Source: Alphaproteobacteria bacterium
Lineage (GTDB): Bacteria; Pseudomonadota; Alphaproteobacteria; UBA8366; CAVOAK01
DNA length: 46,878 nt
NCBI GenBank assembly: GCA_963693665.1
Contig: CAVOAK010000002.1
Span: 1-46,878 of the forward strand
Direction: 5' to 3'
This document shows, one piece after another, positions 1 to 10,079 of this stretch; the stretch's first letter is position 1; every line of letters starts with the position of its first letter. Below the pieces are notes generated by a model that searched no databases, had not been told where the DNA came from, and worked only from the letters and a program-made list of their open reading frames with translations. Position numbers and translations under genes: made by a program.

Positions 1-98
1 GTAATCTGGGTTTTGAGTGCGTTAAGCACATCAATTTTCTGTTCTAGTGTGCCAGGAAGCACAACATGTGTCGAAGAGACGTCGGCAAACGAAGAGGA

Positions 99-263
99 TC
101 AACTCCGCTGATCCGAAATTTGTTTCTGACATCTAACAATAAGTGCATCTGGTTTACTGCAACCGGTAATAGCAATAAACGCCACGGCCACAAGCCCGCG
201 AGCCACTCTCTTGCTCAGCGCCAGTTGTGCCAACACTCCGAAAATCATCGCTGATTGAATCAT
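99..263 (-). CDS. candidate small lipoprotein (54 aa, not in ORF track)
   Basis: My translation of the minus strand gives MIQSAMIFGVLAQLALSKRVARGLVAVAFIAITGCSKPDALIVRCQKQISDQRS. It has a basic n-region, a hydrophobic core and a lipobox-like ITGC. There is no convincing Shine-Dalgarno sequence. Confidence 0.25.
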   Translation of the reverse strand: MIQSAMIFGVLAQLALSKRVARGLVAVAFIAITGCSKPDALIVRCQKQISDQRS

Positions 264-822
264 CGTGTCACGCGCGAATTAAACTTCATATCCATTTTCC
301 AATTATAAATCAGCAAGTTGAGCCATAAACCTCCCACTCTAGTTAGCGATTTGTAACAAAATATCAACGAAGTAGGCCGACATTTTTTTTATCACCGATC
401 AGACTAATTGTTTGATAAAGCCAATACACGCTCGCTCATTTTATAAAAATAAAGATTTTCCTTACAACGAATTCACGTCATGGAGAGCTAATTTATGCTG
501 CGAATGAAAAACATACGGCAGGCAAATAATATTGTTCGAGAAAGGTTTCTGTATCCAGTCTCAACCACGTCTGTTGTTTTGTCGAAATCATTGCACATGC
601 GAGGCAATCCAACGAAGAACGATTATTCCCCCGTACAGGACTCAACCCCTGGCTAACGCAATTTAAAGAACAGCGTGACGCGGGGTTCGAAAACTTGACA
701 GGTGTGTTATTCTCTACATCTGGTTTCAAAAAATCAAATAATTGGCATTGGTTTACGCTACCAAAATCCGAATTAGAAGGACTGCGGCAACGAAAGAGCG
801 TGGCGCGGTGAGTGCCAAAAGA

Positions 823-1215
823 ATGAAAAACGTGACGAGGTGGGATACTTGGCAGCGGCTTATTTACATGAGCCTGTTCACGATATTCTTTGGCCTCACG
901 GAAGTCCTGATATTGATAATCTTGGTTGTACAATTCATTTCCAAGCTAGTTCGCGGCGAAGAAATTGAACGTTTAGCTCAAATTGGTGGAGAAATTGGGG
1001 ATTACTTTCGTGCGATTATTTTGTTTTTGACGTATCGTACTGAGACGATGCCCTACCCATTCGGTGAATGGCCCATGGGAGTGGAAAGTGGGGAGGTTAA
1101 GGGAGAAACGGGAGCGGACAATAACTCATCTACTGAATTAGCAGCGAGCATTCCGATGCGAACGCGAAAACGAGCGCCACGGCGGAGAAGTCGAGCCGCC
1201 GGTTCCTCAGATTAA
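823..1215 (+). CDS. DUF4389-like small membrane protein
   Basis: ORF 742..1215 trimmed to the first ATG (823). The hydrophobic segment LIYMSLFTIFFGLTEVLILIILVVQF is followed by YFRAIILFLTYRTETMPYPFGEWP, which matches my recollection of the DUF4389 pattern. The tail is Arg-rich. Confidence 0.55.
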   Translation: MKNVTRWDTWQRLIYMSLFTIFFGLTEVLILIILVVQFISKLVRGEEIERLAQIGGEIGDYFRAIILFLTYRTETMPYPFGEWPMGVESGEVKGETGADNNSSTELAASIPMRTRKRAPRRRSRAAGSSD

Positions 1216-1352
1216 GACATAGGTAACGCTGCATTCCGCGTGGTTTGCAGAAATTCGATGCAAGGATTTGTCAAATGAGCAATACGCCTGTGCAGTCGCT
1301 GGCTTTTGACAGTATCCGCTGCCAACAACAAAAGTAATAAGGGACAATTGAA

Positions 1353-1511
1353 ATGACCGAGTCGCATATGTCGGAAACAGAAATAGAATCCAAGGAAACG
1401 ACAACGCAAACCCTCCGCTGCCTTATGTGCGGAGAGGGGTTCGAATCTGACGGTTCACACAACCGCATTTGTAAGAAGTGCAAATCAACGCGGCAATGGC
1501 GCGAAGGCTGA
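1353..1511 (+). CDS. candidate small zinc-ribbon protein (52 aa, not in ORF track)
   Basis: My translation gives MTESHMSETEIESKETTTQTLRCLMCGEGFESDGSHNRICKKCKSTRQWREG. It has a CxxC...CxxC arrangement and a weak AAGGGA 8 nt upstream of the ATG. Confidence 0.4.
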   Translation: MTESHMSETEIESKETTTQTLRCLMCGEGFESDGSHNRICKKCKSTRQWREG

Positions 1512-1667
1512 AGACGCCTAAATCACACCCAGATTTTTTCGAGACGCCAGATTCCGTGCCCTGAACGCATGCATGATAAATGCGATCAAGGACCGGGATC
1601 TCGAAAATCGAGAATGTGCCGAAAAGCTCCGCAGCTAGCTGAGAGCCGCGAGTAGCCGGCCACTACA

Positions 1668-2435
1668 TCATGCGATCGGACTTCCGCACTCAAGAATATG
1701 CGCGCCAGCGCACTTGAGATTGTCTGCCGCATCAGATTCGGTATTGATAACCAAGTATTCAAACGGAATTGTCACACTAGGCGGCTCGCGGCGTTGAAAA
1801 GCGCTCCAGTTTTTTAGTTTGGCCATATCCTGCTCTGTTGCTCAGGCGATCATTCGGCGCTTTAGTTCGTGTTCCGAACACACACAGTGAATGATGATGA
1901 GCGGCGCCCCTGAGCGCTGCGCTAACCCCTGTAAACCCCGCCGCCGCTCCTCAAGAATCATCTCATGTACAAAGGGTAAATCGAGAAGCACGGAAGATTT
2001 ATTTTTGAGGTTCTGTTCCGCAATTGGATAGATCAAGCCAACGTCAGGTTTGCGATCTTTCTCGAACTAACATTGCGGACATACTCGCGAAATATGTCCG
2101 ACACAGAACCAATATCCAGATAAACCGCAGATACTTTCTTCAAAAGCGCTCGGCACAGTGTTGACTTGCCTGTGCCCTGACGCCCCATCATGAGTATAAG
2201 TGATGTTTGTGGGAGTGTTATGCAGTTCACGATAGCGCATCCTGATGTCAGCTATAATTTCCGATGCGGTGAGTATTTGGTCAAAATTACCAACGTATAT
2301 GTGAAAGGAGTGTAACGCTGCTGGGGCAGCACACCGACAAAATTCGCGCTCAGATTGCGGAATAGCGGCATAACTCACGGATCCCTCAATCGCGGGCCTG
2401 TCTTTACAGAAAACTATAGAGTGTCGAGGGGACAC
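1668..2435 (-). pseudogene. decayed P-loop (AAA_33-type) kinase, probably the C-terminal remnant of a larger phosphotransferase/ATP-binding protein
   Basis: The Walker A motif GRQGTGKST lies in ORF 2033..2230. The domain continues in another frame in ORF 1842..2036 (SVLLDLPF...GAPLIIIHCVCSEHELKRR). After the TGA at 1842-1844 it continues in the same frame (ATEQDMAKLKNWSAFQRREPP...) to a stop at 1668-1670. Upstream sequence (ORF 2067..2435) is in a third frame. Confidence 0.6.
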
Positions 2436-3265
2436 TTCAGGTACGAGACACCATTATCTTCGACAGGTGGAAATTTAAGGACACGCTTGTTGACCTGAAC
2501 CGATGGCAAAAGTAACGCGGGCATAGACAGTTCACCATCGCGTTCTGTTCGCGTCTTGATAAACTGCTCCTCACTGATACCGTCACGAATATGTACATTC
2601 TGTGCGCGTTCCTCAGCGACCGTCGTCTCCCACTTGTACTCACGTCCACCTGGACCGTAGTCGTGGAGGCGCGCATCAGCTGGCAACGAGAGGATTCGAT
2701 TGATAGATCGATATAAGGCAGCCGCATCTCCTCCAGGGAAATCAGTCCGAGCTGTGCCAAAGTCCGGCATAAATATGGTGTCGCCAACAAAAGCCGCATC
2801 GCCAATCACGTAGGTAACACAGGCCGGCGTGTGACCGAGAGTATGCAAAACTTCAATCGTCATCGGACCCAGCACAAGGTGTTCTCCATCAGCAAATAGC
2901 CGATCAAATTGGGAGCCATCGGAGGTGAACTTACTTCCCGTGTTGAAAATCTTCGAAAAGCCCTCTTGAACGACGATGATGCCAGTACCCACACCGATCT
3001 GACCACCGAGCTTTTCCTTCAGATACGGTGCGGCGGTAAGGTGATCAGCATGGACGTGTGTTTCCAGAATCCATTCGACAGAGAGATCATTTTGTCGGAC
3101 GAAGTCGATAATTGTGTCCGCCGCTTCAGTTCCAATCCGACCTAACTTCGCGTCGAAATCTAAGACTGAACCGATAATCACGGCAGCGGGTTTTTCGAGC
3201 GCTCGGACAACATGGGTAATCGTATTTGTTGCTTGATGAAAGAAAGGGTTCACGCACAGCTGCAT
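2414..3265 (-). CDS. MBL-fold metallo-hydrolase (persulfide-dioxygenase/glyoxalase-II-like)
   Basis: The HxHxDH motif THVHADH is present, with later His/Asp ligands (HTLGHTP, FVGDT). The start is trimmed to the ATG at 3265, which is preceded by GGGAGA. Confidence 0.85.
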   Translation of the reverse strand: MQLCVNPFFHQATNTITHVVRALEKPAAVIIGSVLDFDAKLGRIGTEAADTIIDFVRQNDLSVEWILETHVHADHLTAAPYLKEKLGGQIGVGTGIIVVQEGFSKIFNTGSKFTSDGSQFDRLFADGEHLVLGPMTIEVLHTLGHTPACVTYVIGDAAFVGDTIFMPDFGTARTDFPGGDAAALYRSINRILSLPADARLHDYGPGGREYKWETTVAEERAQNVHIRDGISEEQFIKTRTERDGELSMPALLLPSVQVNKRVLKFPPVEDNGVSYLKCPLDTL

Positions 3266-3389
3266 CCCCGTCTCCCATAGAAAATTACATGCATTCTGCC
3301 GATCTGTGAGCAATTCTCATTGATATGAATCAAGTGTCACCTCTTTCGTCAGGTGATCATAAGGCGAAACAAGAAACTCGAAAGAAGCG

Positions 3390-5066
3390 CTAAACCTTGG
3401 TCGATTGCGCCTGCTCACGCATTGCGCTAAGCGTCGTCTGGGTGGTGATGACTTCGGGGTCTACCTGTAGCTCCAGAAACGCGATCTTTCCCGCATCAAG
3501 TGCCCGATCCAGCGCCGGCGCAAATTCTGCCGTGTTTCGGACCACCTCACCGAAAGCACCAAAACTCTCCGCCCATCGCGCAAAATCTGGATTCGTGAGG
3601 TCAGTGGCAATGGCACGACCACCGTAGACTTGTTCTTGGTGCATGCGGATAGTGCCATACATGCCATTGTTGACGATGCAGATGACCGGATCGATGCCGT
3701 GCTGGATCGCCGTAGAAATTTCGTTGCCTGTCATCAAAACACCGCCGTCACCGCAAAACCCGACCACCGCCCGATCCGGGTTCTCCAACCGGGCTGCGAT
3801 TGCCGCCGGCACACCGTATCCCATAGAGCCATTCGCCGGTCCAATCTGACCGGGGTAGCGAGTAAAAGGGTGGAAGCGTTGCACCCAGCCAGAGAAATTT
3901 CCAGCATCGGTAGCAATCAATACATCCGGCAGGCGCCGGCGCAGAATAGCCATAACCTCAGCCATATCGAGATCGCCCGGCAAACCTGATGTGGGAACGA
4001 TATGATTGAGATAGTCCTGCCGTGCTTCGAGCGCCGATGCGCTCCAATCTGTGGAATTGACCGGCTGAAGTGCCCGCGCCGCCTTGGCAAAGGCAACCAT
4101 ACCGGCACAAATCGGCAAATCCGGCCGGTAAACACGACCAAGTTCGTCCGGATCCGGATAAACATGCACGAGACGCTGTTTCGGGTTTGGGATATCGACA
4201 AGCGTATAGCCTCGAGTGGTTTGTTCGCCGAGACGGGCACCCACAACGAGCAAAAGATCCGCATTTCGGATACGTGCCGCAAGTTTTGGACTAATTCCGA
4301 TCCCCACATCGCCTGCATAATTCTTATGCGTATTGTCGAAGAGATGCTGGCAACGGAACGAACAGCCAGACGGTATGTCGTTCGTTTCTGCAAAGGCAAC
4401 GATGTCGGTACAAGCCTCCGATGTCCAGCCACCGCCGCCAACAAGCAGGAACGGCGCACTGGCTGCTGACACCATATCCCGCAGTCGCTCCATATCATCA
4501 GGATCCGCACCGGCCTGAACAGACACATACCGAGTTGCGTCCGCCACGGAGGTCTTCTCCGACAACATATCCTCAGGCAATGCCAATGCGACAGGACCAC
4601 AACGGCCTGCGGTCGCACGATGAAAGGCCTGACTCACCAACTCAGGAATGCGGTCGGCTCGCTCTATCTGACCAACCCATTTGGTTATCGGCGCATAGAA
4701 CTGTCGATAGTCGATCTCCTGAAATGCCTCTCGATATTCCTGATCTCGGGCAACCTGGCCGATGAAAACGACCATTGGAGTGGAATCTTGAAATGCAGTG
4801 TGCAAGCCAATTGCTGCGTTGCACGCACCCGGCCCGCGCGTAACGAAGAGAACGCCCGGCCGGCCGGTAAGTTTTCCATATGCCTCAGCCATATACGAAG
4901 CGCCACCCTCGTGACGGCAAACGATGAGGCGGATATCGTCCAAAACGTCGTGGAACGCATCAAGTGCTGCCAGATAGCTTTCGCCCGGAACACAGAAGAT
5001 TTTGTCAACGCCGTGGACACGGAGCTGGTCGACCAAAACCTGGCCTCCAGTTCTTTCATTTGACAA
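3390..5066 (-). CDS. thiamine-pyrophosphate-dependent enzyme (acetolactate-synthase-like family)
   Basis: 558 aa with the three-domain TPP layout. The TPP-binding motif is GDGGVLMTGNEISTAIQHGIDPVICIVNNGMYG. Confidence 0.9.
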   Translation of the reverse strand: MSNERTGGQVLVDQLRVHGVDKIFCVPGESYLAALDAFHDVLDDIRLIVCRHEGGASYMAEAYGKLTGRPGVLFVTRGPGACNAAIGLHTAFQDSTPMVVFIGQVARDQEYREAFQEIDYRQFYAPITKWVGQIERADRIPELVSQAFHRATAGRCGPVALALPEDMLSEKTSVADATRYVSVQAGADPDDMERLRDMVSAASAPFLLVGGGGWTSEACTDIVAFAETNDIPSGCSFRCQHLFDNTHKNYAGDVGIGISPKLAARIRNADLLLVVGARLGEQTTRGYTLVDIPNPKQRLVHVYPDPDELGRVYRPDLPICAGMVAFAKAARALQPVNSTDWSASALEARQDYLNHIVPTSGLPGDLDMAEVMAILRRRLPDVLIATDAGNFSGWVQRFHPFTRYPGQIGPANGSMGYGVPAAIAARLENPDRAVVGFCGDGGVLMTGNEISTAIQHGIDPVICIVNNGMYGTIRMHQEQVYGGRAIATDLTNPDFARWAESFGAFGEVVRNTAEFAPALDRALDAGKIAFLELQVDPEVITTQTTLSAMREQAQSTKV

Positions 5067-5254
5067 ATTTCTAATCTCTGTCTCCCGAGTTGCAGCACGT
5101 TGGTCGCCGATTTGACCGTCAGCATATAAGATATATCACGTTGGAGAATGAATTATTGGCGGCCACATCTCGAAATTCACTTCCATTCTGCGCAGTGACG
5201 GAATTCTCCTGTTTGTGATATCGAGCGTATGACCCATCCATAGGTAGTTTTGAT

Positions 5255-6103
5255 ATGACGGCTTTTGACAAGCGACTTCACCCGTTCAGGGAAGATTTGG
5301 CTGCAGAGTATCTACGGGGAAAAATCGAAGCCGATCGGTTTACACCCGGCAAACGCCGCCAAATATGCAGCGGTCATGTGCCGTTGAGGCGATTGCCAGA
5401 CCCGACGGCTCCGCTCGATACAGAACTTTTGTTTGGGGAAACCGTTCAACTCTACGACGAACGAGATGGATGGTCCTGGGTACAAAGTGAGGTCGACGGC
5501 TACGTCGGTTATGCGGAAAGCCGAATGATTGCAGAGACGCTATCAATACCAACCCATAGCGTCATCGTGCCCGCAACATATCTATATCCGGAACCAGACT
5601 TGAAAATAGCACCGATAGATTGGCTGCCGATGACTGCGATCGTGAACGTGTGCGAGAGTACGGGTAAGCACTGTAAACTCACGTCAGGTGGATGGATTTT
5701 TTCGACCCATCTCGCACCCATCAATACACCGGCACCAGACCACTGCGACGTCGCGCGAATGTTTCTTTACTCTCCGTATTTATGGGGCGGAAAAACGACT
5801 GCTGGCATCGATTGTTCTGGGCTGCTTCAGGTGTCTCTTGCTCGTTGTTGTAAAAAAATCTCACGGGACAGTGACATGCAGCAGGGGGCTGGGTGGCCGG
5901 TCGAATACGACGGTGACAATCGCGTTCTTCAGCGTGGCGATCTCGTATTCTGGCGTGGTCATGCGGGAATTTGGATTGATCCTCAGTCCTTCATTCACGC
6001 CAGCGCGACCGACATGCTTGTGACGATCGAGCAATTAGATGATGTCGCTGCTCGAATTGAAGCGGCCTCTGGCGACCCCATTTTATGTGTCCGGCGAGTC
6101 TAA
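5255..6103 (+). CDS. NlpC/P60 (C40) family peptidase with N-terminal SH3-like region
   Basis: The catalytic Cys context is GIDCSGLLQ. A downstream His (GHAGIW) and FIHAS follow, as is typical of C40 peptidases. Confidence 0.85.
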   Translation: MTAFDKRLHPFREDLAAEYLRGKIEADRFTPGKRRQICSGHVPLRRLPDPTAPLDTELLFGETVQLYDERDGWSWVQSEVDGYVGYAESRMIAETLSIPTHSVIVPATYLYPEPDLKIAPIDWLPMTAIVNVCESTGKHCKLTSGGWIFSTHLAPINTPAPDHCDVARMFLYSPYLWGGKTTAGIDCSGLLQVSLARCCKKISRDSDMQQGAGWPVEYDGDNRVLQRGDLVFWRGHAGIWIDPQSFIHASATDMLVTIEQLDDVAARIEAASGDPILCVRRV

Positions 6104-6113
6104 AAGCCTGCGA

Positions 6114-6827
6114 TCAGCCCGGGCCGTTGTCAGCACTTGATCGCTGCCGCGCTATGGTCGTGCGGTGAAAGCGCAGTGCCAGCCACATTGCTATGCCAAT
6201 AACAATGAACATCGCCCATAGATACCAGGGCAGCATATTTGCCCTGTCGCCCAACATCACCATAAGAAAGGTCAAAGGCAGTATCCCAAGACCCGTTGTC
6301 CATCCAAAAGTCCACCAAGTGATGCTGGTCAATCCAGCCATGTAGTTGACGAGGTTGAAGGAGATGATTGGGAGGAACCGGCTCAGAAACACGACCTGCC
6401 AGCCCTGTTCACCTGCCCATTTATCTATGACGTGCCAATTTCGCTGCGAAACGACCATGGCTACAAATGGGCGGCCAAGTGCGCGCGAAAGCGCAAATGC
6501 AAGGAACGCCCCCATCATCGCCCCGAACCATGTGATCACCGTGCCCCAAACAAGCCCGTAAACCATGCCGTTCGCAATTGCGAGGAACTCAGCTGGAAAT
6601 GGAACAAACGAATGCAAAATCATGAGGGCAATAGATCCAATAACGCCCCAATGGCCCCAACTTTGAATTTTGTCCTCAATGGATGTAGGCGAGAAACTGA
6701 TGGCCCAGTCACCACCAAACGAGACCACAAAGACCGCCGCCGCCAGCACAATGACAAGCGCGACAAAGAAAACCATCTTCGGCCTCCAAATCCTGGGAGT
6801 ACGGCCGGTCGGTTCAGAATCTGCCAT
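6114..6827 (-). CDS. TVP38/TMEM64 (DedA/SNARE-associated) family membrane protein
   Basis: Multi-pass hydrophobic protein with the VPFPAEFLAIANGMVYG motif. The ORF track start at 6872 is TTG, so I prefer the ATG at 6827. Confidence 0.8.
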   Translation of the reverse strand: MADSEPTGRTPRIWRPKMVFFVALVIVLAAAVFVVSFGGDWAISFSPTSIEDKIQSWGHWGVIGSIALMILHSFVPFPAEFLAIANGMVYGLVWGTVITWFGAMMGAFLAFALSRALGRPFVAMVVSQRNWHVIDKWAGEQGWQVVFLSRFLPIISFNLVNYMAGLTSITWWTFGWTTGLGILPLTFLMVMLGDRANMLPWYLWAMFIVIGIAMWLALRFHRTTIARQRSSADNGPG

Positions 6828-6994
6828 ATTAACTACTAAAATTGCCAATTTGTACGTGTAGGCAAGGCACAATATCGTGATTTACCGAGTATTTTCGCGT
6901 TGTTAGGCCGCGCTGGCTTGATTGTTGATGCATGACCTTAAAAGTATACCATGATGGCGACGATATCGATGTTGGCTAGTCACAGGACAAGCAA

Positions 6995-8410
6995 ATGGAC
7001 CTTACCCGATTGTCCGCACGCGCCGCTGTTGCGGCAATGGTGCAGGGCGATGTTACCGCTGAGACCTACGCCAACGCTCTGATTGCCCAGAGCCGCAAAT
7101 TCGTTGATCTGAATGCGTTCATTACACTCGACGAAGAGATGTTTCTTGCCGCTGCGCGTGAAGTTGATATTCGGCGTGCCAGCGGCGCACGCCTTGGTCC
7201 CCTGCACGGCCTGCCGATTGCGGTAAAGGACAACATCGAATTCATGGCACTGCCAACGACTGCTGGCACGCCGGCCCTGGATCAACATCACCCAAAGCGT
7301 ACCGCCCCAGTCGTGCAGGCGTTGCTCGATGCCGGCTCATTGGTTATGGGCAAAACGAACTTGCACGAAATCGCCTTCGGTCTCACCAGCAACAATGGTC
7401 ATACCGGTGCCGTGCGTAATCCCTATGACCGAACCAAAATCGCCGGCGGCAGTAGCGGCGGCACGGCCGCTGCTTTGGCGGCACATATCGTGCCGGGTGG
7501 GCTTGGCACCGACACAGGCGGTTCAGTCCGTCATCCGGCGGCAATGTGTGGAATTCTAGGACTTCGGCCATCCACTGGTCGATACTCGCTGGACGGTGTC
7601 ATCCCCCTATCGCGAACCAGAGATACAGTCGGCCCATTGGCTCGCTGCGTTGACGATCTCGTACTCCTTGATGGCGTCATCACCAGAGATACGACGCCTC
7701 TTCGCCCGACCTCCATCAAAGGGTTACGTCTTGGAATTCCGCGCCGTCACTACTACGAACAGCTCGACAGCGAAGTTGCACCAGTGATCGATATGGCGTT
7801 GTCCCAGCTTGCCGAGCGTGGCGCAGTCTTAGTTGACGCCGAATTGCCAGATGTAGAGGTTTGTAATTTCGAGATAGGCCGGCCAATTTCCGGCTATGAA
7901 TCCATGCGTGAGCTGCGCCAATACCTTGCCGAGTCAGGCAGCGAAATTACCTTGGATGTACTTGCTTCGAGGCTGGCCAGCCGGGACGTACGCACGGTAG
8001 TGAAGGCGCGGCTCAGCGGCGACGAGATCATTAGTGAAGAGGAGTATCGTACGGCGCTCCAACAGCGACTCCAATTTCAGTCGACCTATCGGCAATATTT
8101 CAATGACCACGATCTCGCCGCGATGGTCTTTCCGACGACCAGATTACCTGCGAGGCAAATTGGCGATGATACAACAGTTGATTTCATGGGCGCGCGCGCG
8201 CCCACCACACCCACCTACAACCACAATATGGCGCCGACGACACTTGTCGGTGCTCCAGGCCTAAGCGTACCTGTTGGCCTGACGCGAACAGGTTTACCCG
8301 TAGCAATGGAGTTGGACGGACCTATCGGTGAGGACAGGGCGATCCTGTCCATCGGTTTGGCCTGGAACGACATATTCCCGACGCCGACACCACCCTCCAT
8401 CCCGGAATGA
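6995..8410 (+). CDS. amidase (amidase-signature family)
   Basis: 471 aa with the Gly/Ser-rich signature KIAGGSSGGTAAALAA and the conserved GTDTGGS. Confidence 0.9.
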   Translation: MDLTRLSARAAVAAMVQGDVTAETYANALIAQSRKFVDLNAFITLDEEMFLAAAREVDIRRASGARLGPLHGLPIAVKDNIEFMALPTTAGTPALDQHHPKRTAPVVQALLDAGSLVMGKTNLHEIAFGLTSNNGHTGAVRNPYDRTKIAGGSSGGTAAALAAHIVPGGLGTDTGGSVRHPAAMCGILGLRPSTGRYSLDGVIPLSRTRDTVGPLARCVDDLVLLDGVITRDTTPLRPTSIKGLRLGIPRRHYYEQLDSEVAPVIDMALSQLAERGAVLVDAELPDVEVCNFEIGRPISGYESMRELRQYLAESGSEITLDVLASRLASRDVRTVVKARLSGDEIISEEEYRTALQQRLQFQSTYRQYFNDHDLAAMVFPTTRLPARQIGDDTTVDFMGARAPTTPTYNHNMAPTTLVGAPGLSVPVGLTRTGLPVAMELDGPIGEDRAILSIGLAWNDIFPTPTPPSIPE

Positions 8411-8435
8411 GCGTTTGGAGCCCGCCTCGCCAAGT

Positions 8436-10079
8436 TCAGGCGGCGCGGGCGCCTTTAAAAACCATGTCGTATGCCGGCAAGGTGAGAAAATCTTCAAAAT
8501 CTTCGGCAGCGACCATTCGCTTAAACAGGTCCGCCGCCGGAACGAATGTGGAATTGGCAAAGCTGTCATTTCCAATCGCCGTTCGAATGTTCGCCAGTTC
8601 CTCATCCAGAATTGACTGCAGCAGTATTCCATCAATGACGCGGCCGTCATTCAACACAGCTTTATGTCTTATCCACTGCCATAGTTGTGCACGAGAAATT
8701 TCGGCAGTGGCCGCATCTTCCATGAGATTGTAAAGCGGAACGCAGCCCGTCCCTCGAAGCCAAGCCTCGATATAACTAACACCAACGTTGACGTTCTGTC
8801 GTAGACCCGCCTCCGTGATATCACCTTCAGGTACTTGAAGAAGGTCCGATGCCCCTATGTTTACGTCATCACGCTTGCGCTCAATCTGATTCTGTCCTGG
8901 CATTTTCCGGTCGAAAACTTCTTTTGCGACAGGCACGAGCCCAGGGTGAGCAACCCAAGTTCCATCGTGGCCATCACCAGCCTCGCGTTCCTTGTCGGCG
9001 CGAACTTTTTCTAATGCGCCACGGTTGGCATCTTCGTCCCCGCGAATTGGTATCTGAGCTGCCATGCCACCCATCGCGTGCACGCCCCTGCGATGGCACG
9101 TCTTAATGAGGAGCAAACTATACGACCGAAGAAAATGGCAGGTCATTGTGACGTCGCCTCGGTCCGGCATCACACAATCGGGACGATTTCTAAATTTCTT
9201 AATGAAGCTGAAAATATAGTCCCAACGCCCGCAATTGAGTCCTGCAGAGTGCGCGCGCAATTCGTACAAAATTTCGTCCATCTCGAAGGCAGCGAGAATA
9301 TTTTCGATGAGCACAGTCACCTTGATGGTTCCAAGTGGAATTCCCAAAGTTTCCTGCGCTGTAATAAAGACGTCATTCCACAAACGAGCTTCGACGTGAG
9401 ATTCTAGTTTGGGCAAATAGAAGTATGGTCCAGTACCGTGACCCATCAGTTCTTTGGCGCAATGAAAGAAGTAAATGCCAAAATCAAACAACGATCCGGA
9501 CATCGGCTGGCCATCGACAACGACGTGCTTTTCAGGCAAGTGCCATCCGCGCGGACGCACCAAAAGCGTCGCGACCTTGTCGTTGAGGCTGTAGTCCTTA
9601 CCGTTCTTAGGATCTGTGAACTCAATATTTCTACGCGCAGCGTCACGCAGGTTAATTTGGCCCTCGATCAAATTCGTCCACGTCGGGGTGGTTGCATCTT
9701 CAAAGTCAGCCATAAAGACTGAAGCACCTGAATTCAATGCGTTGATGACCATCTTACGATCAACAGGACCCGTAATTTCAACGCGCCGATCGAGTAAATC
9801 CGCAGGCAATGGCTCAACGGTCCAATCCGCATCGCGAATCTTTGCCGTCTCCGGCAAAAAATCTGGGTTGTCACCCGCATCAAGCTTAGCCTGAACTTCC
9901 CCACGCAGTGCCAATAACCGTCGCCGCTCAGCACCAAATTTCCGTTCCAGCAATGCAACGAACCCGATCGCTTCTGGCGAAAGAATTTCATCGAACTCGG
10001 GATTGGCGTCCGCCTCGATCAGCACGCCTTCTAACTGAGCCAATAGATTTTCTTGTGTTGCAACTTTGGTATCAGGCAT
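8436..10079 (-). CDS. aceB: malate synthase A
   Basis: 547 aa. It has a near match to the malate synthase signature (RAHSAGLNCGRWDYIF), plus GPYFYLPKLESHVEARLWNDVF. AGGGAGG lies upstream of the ATG. Confidence 0.95.
   Translation of the reverse strand: MPDTKVATQENLLAQLEGVLIEADANPEFDEILSPEAIGFVALLERKFGAERRRLLALRGEVQAKLDAGDNPDFLPETAKIRDADWTVEPLPADLLDRRVEITGPVDRKMVINALNSGASVFMADFEDATTPTWTNLIEGQINLRDAARRNIEFTDPKNGKDYSLNDKVATLLVRPRGWHLPEKHVVVDGQPMSGSLFDFGIYFFHCAKELMGHGTGPYFYLPKLESHVEARLWNDVFITAQETLGIPLGTIKVTVLIENILAAFEMDEILYELRAHSAGLNCGRWDYIFSFIKKFRNRPDCVMPDRGDVTMTCHFLRSYSLLLIKTCHRRGVHAMGGMAAQIPIRGDEDANRGALEKVRADKEREAGDGHDGTWVAHPGLVPVAKEVFDRKMPGQNQIERKRDDVNIGASDLLQVPEGDITEAGLRQNVNVGVSYIEAWLRGTGCVPLYNLMEDAATAEISRAQLWQWIRHKAVLNDGRVIDGILLQSILDEELANIRTAIGNDSFANSTFVPAADLFKRMVAAEDFEDFLTLPAYDMVFKGARAA

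Noticed and set aside
684-691. GGTTCGAA, a tRNA T-loop-like octamer.
   Set aside because: The flanking sequence cannot form a T-stem or the other cloverleaf arms, so this is not a tRNA. I saw no tRNA, rRNA or tmRNA anywhere in the window.
493-933. 146-aa minus-strand ORF overlapping the DUF4389-like gene, and a 52-aa plus-strand ORF at 495 with GGAGAG upstream.
   Set aside because: Neither has a recognisable motif. The minus-strand ORF overlaps a better-supported gene and has non-protein-like composition. The 495 ORF is unsupported beyond its RBS.
3397-5125. Many 60-230-aa ORFs nested inside or antisense to the long genes. Examples are 3917..4618, 4620..5063, 40694..41182, 43315..43743 and 45777..46133.
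   Set aside because: They overlap strongly supported genes, have skewed Arg/Ser/Pro-rich compositions and lack motifs. I treat them as shadow ORFs.
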